Source of the DNA: Raillietiella orientalis | Taxonomy: Eukaryota | NCBI GenBank assembly: GCA_036172245.1 | Contig: JAYWIR010000037.1 | Coordinates: 1,922,001-1,986,000 of the forward strand | DNA: 64,000 nt | Direction: 5' to 3' | Shown: positions 61,462 to 64,000 of the stretch, piece by piece | How positions within the stretch are numbered: position 1 is the stretch's first letter | How the letters are laid out: each line of letters opens with the position of its first letter | The notes under the pieces: generated by a model | The model's input: the letters and a program-made list of their open reading frames with translations, nothing else | Told to the model about the DNA's origin: nothing | Database searches by the model: none | Program-made: the position numbers and the translations under genes

Positions 61462-61999
61462 CTGCATTAAAAAGAGAAAAGCAAAAATGAGAATGACCCG
61501 GCAGAATGAGCGACCCTTGGGAAGTCTTAAGAAGCATTCGTAACAGGCTTGGGTCTGAATACAAAGAATACGAATGGTTTGTCGGCTGATGCTCGAGAAG
61601 CACTCTCTCCAGGATGCCTCCAGCACACCGAACTCATGGAAAACATATGTGGTGTTTTCTTTGCAAGAACATCCAAGCCTGTGGTGACAGCTGCTTGAGA
61701 CTTCGAATTCTTCAAATTCAGTTAAGCGTTCTTGAATAACCAGTGACTGTAGAATTTTGGAAACGCTCGCCTATTGTCATTCCCATGGGAATACTGATGA
61801 AGAACAGATCGCGCGAGCAGACGGGCTTATTCGTAGAATACATCGGAGCGTGAAGAGCATCTTACACTTTTTGATACTCGCACGTTAGGGAGTTTCCAAA
61901 GATGAAATCCGTCACGTCTGGTCTCACTTACAACGTTGTTTCGGTTGCTGCAGGTTACTCGGAAATATTGTTTGCTACAAGGTATCTCGAGCAGAGATT

Positions 62000-62400
62000 C
62001 TTTTATGTGGCTTGGACAAAGGAAATTCTTCAAAGTGTCTGAATGGTTTGCTCCCTTCGCTTTCGTCCACCTCCAGTAGCATGGCCCATTCTGATTTCCG
62101 TTATCTGCTAACTTGGGAAGAATGTCGAGTGCAAGCTAATGCCACAATTGCTACCGCACTTCCAGAGATGGTGTACCCACCGCCTTTGAGGACAGTGGGT
62201 TTGTACATGCTGTTCATGCTGAGTTTAGCTCTTTTCCCGAAACACGGCAGCTTCCGCCTAACCCGAATGCTGTCGATACGATTTCATCGCTGTAGTATTT
62301 ATCTCGGAATCGCGCCCACCTTACATCACTTAGTCTTCGCACTTTGGATGAGATTCACGTCTTCTTCAACATTCGGATGGTTAAAGTCGGCTCCTGCTCA
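62000..62400 (-). mobile_element. Tc1-like transposase relic
   Basis: KPTVLKGGGYTISG resembles PTVKHGGGS.MVWG; TLKNFLCPS downstream. Confidence 0.45.
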
Positions 62401-64000
62401 TCATCCTTGCTGCGCTAATCTCGTGACCTCTACTAAAGATTCGTGAGCTTCTTCCTAAATGATCAGATGCTGGAACCATTCTGTTTTCCTGTACAGATCC
62501 GTGGTATTTTTTTTTTTTTCTGCTCTTTGCTAGTTCTGAAAGATGTTCCAAACTTGCAATTTTTGATCTCTATCTCTGTTATTTATGGCGTTTCTATTGC
62601 TGTCTTACTGTCTTGCTGTTCGTATGCTAATATCCTACAGTTGCTGTCATATTACTGTGTTCCTCACCAACTTAGCTGAGAATGCTTCTCGTTGCTATGA
62701 CAGCCGTTTGCCACTACAGTGGTTTCATTCCTTCACTTTTTGTTTTCCATCGTGCTAATGTGAGGGCTCTGAGAACTGCAGACGTTTGAAAAAAATGCCT
62801 GAAGAATTGCAAGAGTGGTGGTTTCCGGTTTTAGAAGCTCTTCATCTTCACGAATTCTGCCAGTTCTTCCTGCTCTGCCCATAGTGCGTTTGTTTTGTTA
62901 GAGCTTCCGATGACAGGGCGATGCAAAGATTGAGGATCACGACCTTTGCATCGCCCTCCCATCGAAGACTTAAATTTAAATTCCAAATTCCCGAAACTTC
63001 TAAGGCGTATTTTTAGGTGCAGTTTTTTCGGGCTAATGGAAAATCCTACCAATGGGTGCAGGGCTGTACTTCCTTCTTCTCTCGAAGAGAACCGTAGTGA
63101 GCCAAAACTGATCATCCCATTCGAATATTGAAATACTTAGGGAGAGTGTTAGAAATATTCTATGGAAAGCATTTTTGGATTGAGATAATGGTGGTAGAAA
63201 TGCGATTGTGTCGGAGTACGATGAAAGATGCATCTCACGGCGGCTGACCATGAGACCGTTCGCAACATCAAGCAGGCAGCTGGTCTTCCGAGCTCGTTTC
63301 CTTCTTGCGTCTCGGCTGACAGATTTCATCCGAAGTCACAATCCGGTCTTGTTTACCACTCGACTTTGTGACTGCCAGCGTGTGCTGGATGACTTGATTT
63401 TACCGTGGAGAGGAAGACGTGCTGCTGGATCACTTTCGTGAAGGATGTTGAAAGAGTTCAGATCTAGGGAACAGCTCTCTTGGAACGTGATGACTATCTT
63501 CTTCAAAATAAGGCACTTGGAAGAAACGGGGCGGATGCGTAGGGGGACGCGTGTGAATCCGGCAGAATGCGGTTTCGGTTTTTGGCGCGCAGGTCGCATC
63601 GGGAAGGAATTTTCTCTTGCGCGCTCTCTCCATCGGAGACGACCGTATCAAGGAGCAAGGTAGGGGAGGGAAAATTGCCATCAGGTGACAAGGAAGAGTT
63701 GTCCCTTTCTCATTCTTTCCCTGACGTTCCCATGAGAACGCTTCCTCTTCCCCATGGAGCTCAAGAGGCTTGTGGCTCCATTCTTCGGCTGGAAAGAATG
63801 AAGAGGCGCGGACAAGCAGAATGCCAACCTAAGTCAATCCAAAATGCTTTCTCACGCCACCGAAAGGGAAGCGAGAACTTTTGACTTCCATATCAAGCTA
63901 GAACCGGGACAGAAAAGCGGGTACGGAGGAGCAGTAAGTGGCAGGAGACTGGTTGGAGGGAAGGAATCGGATCTCATAGAATTGGAGAGCACTCGAAGAG

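Noticed and set aside
1..64000. CRISPR arrays, operons or prokaryotic defence systems
   Set aside because: No regularly spaced repeat-spacer array; spliceosomal introns and eukaryotic transposons throughout

Overview
Eukaryotic (arthropod-like) genomic DNA, not prokaryotic. The window holds two intron-containing paralogous kainate-type ionotropic glutamate receptor (iGluR) genes arranged tail-to-tail; the 5' exons of both appear to lie outside the window. Gene A is on the + strand (10 exons traced, 3539-22792) and gene B on the - strand (12 exons traced, 61461-30319). Homologous introns sit at the same positions and phases. Gene A has a GC-rich core with short introns (59-939 nt), whereas the same introns in gene B are 2-5.5 kb and filled with transposon relics. 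Notable protein features: a Gly-to-Val change in the pore loop of gene A (MQQVSD vs MQQGSD), a Gly-to-Glu change in the S2 hinge of both genes (DSKEYG), and a GC-AG intron in gene B. Introns and the intergenic region contain a self-inverted mariner-derived element (same internal junction in two copies), a ~1.1 kb AT-rich foldback, a tRNA-headed SINE-like family (4 copies), a piggyBac relic and many decayed LINE fragments. Most long GC-rich ORFs in the ORF track are shadow frames. All assignments come from manual motif recognition; no database search was run.
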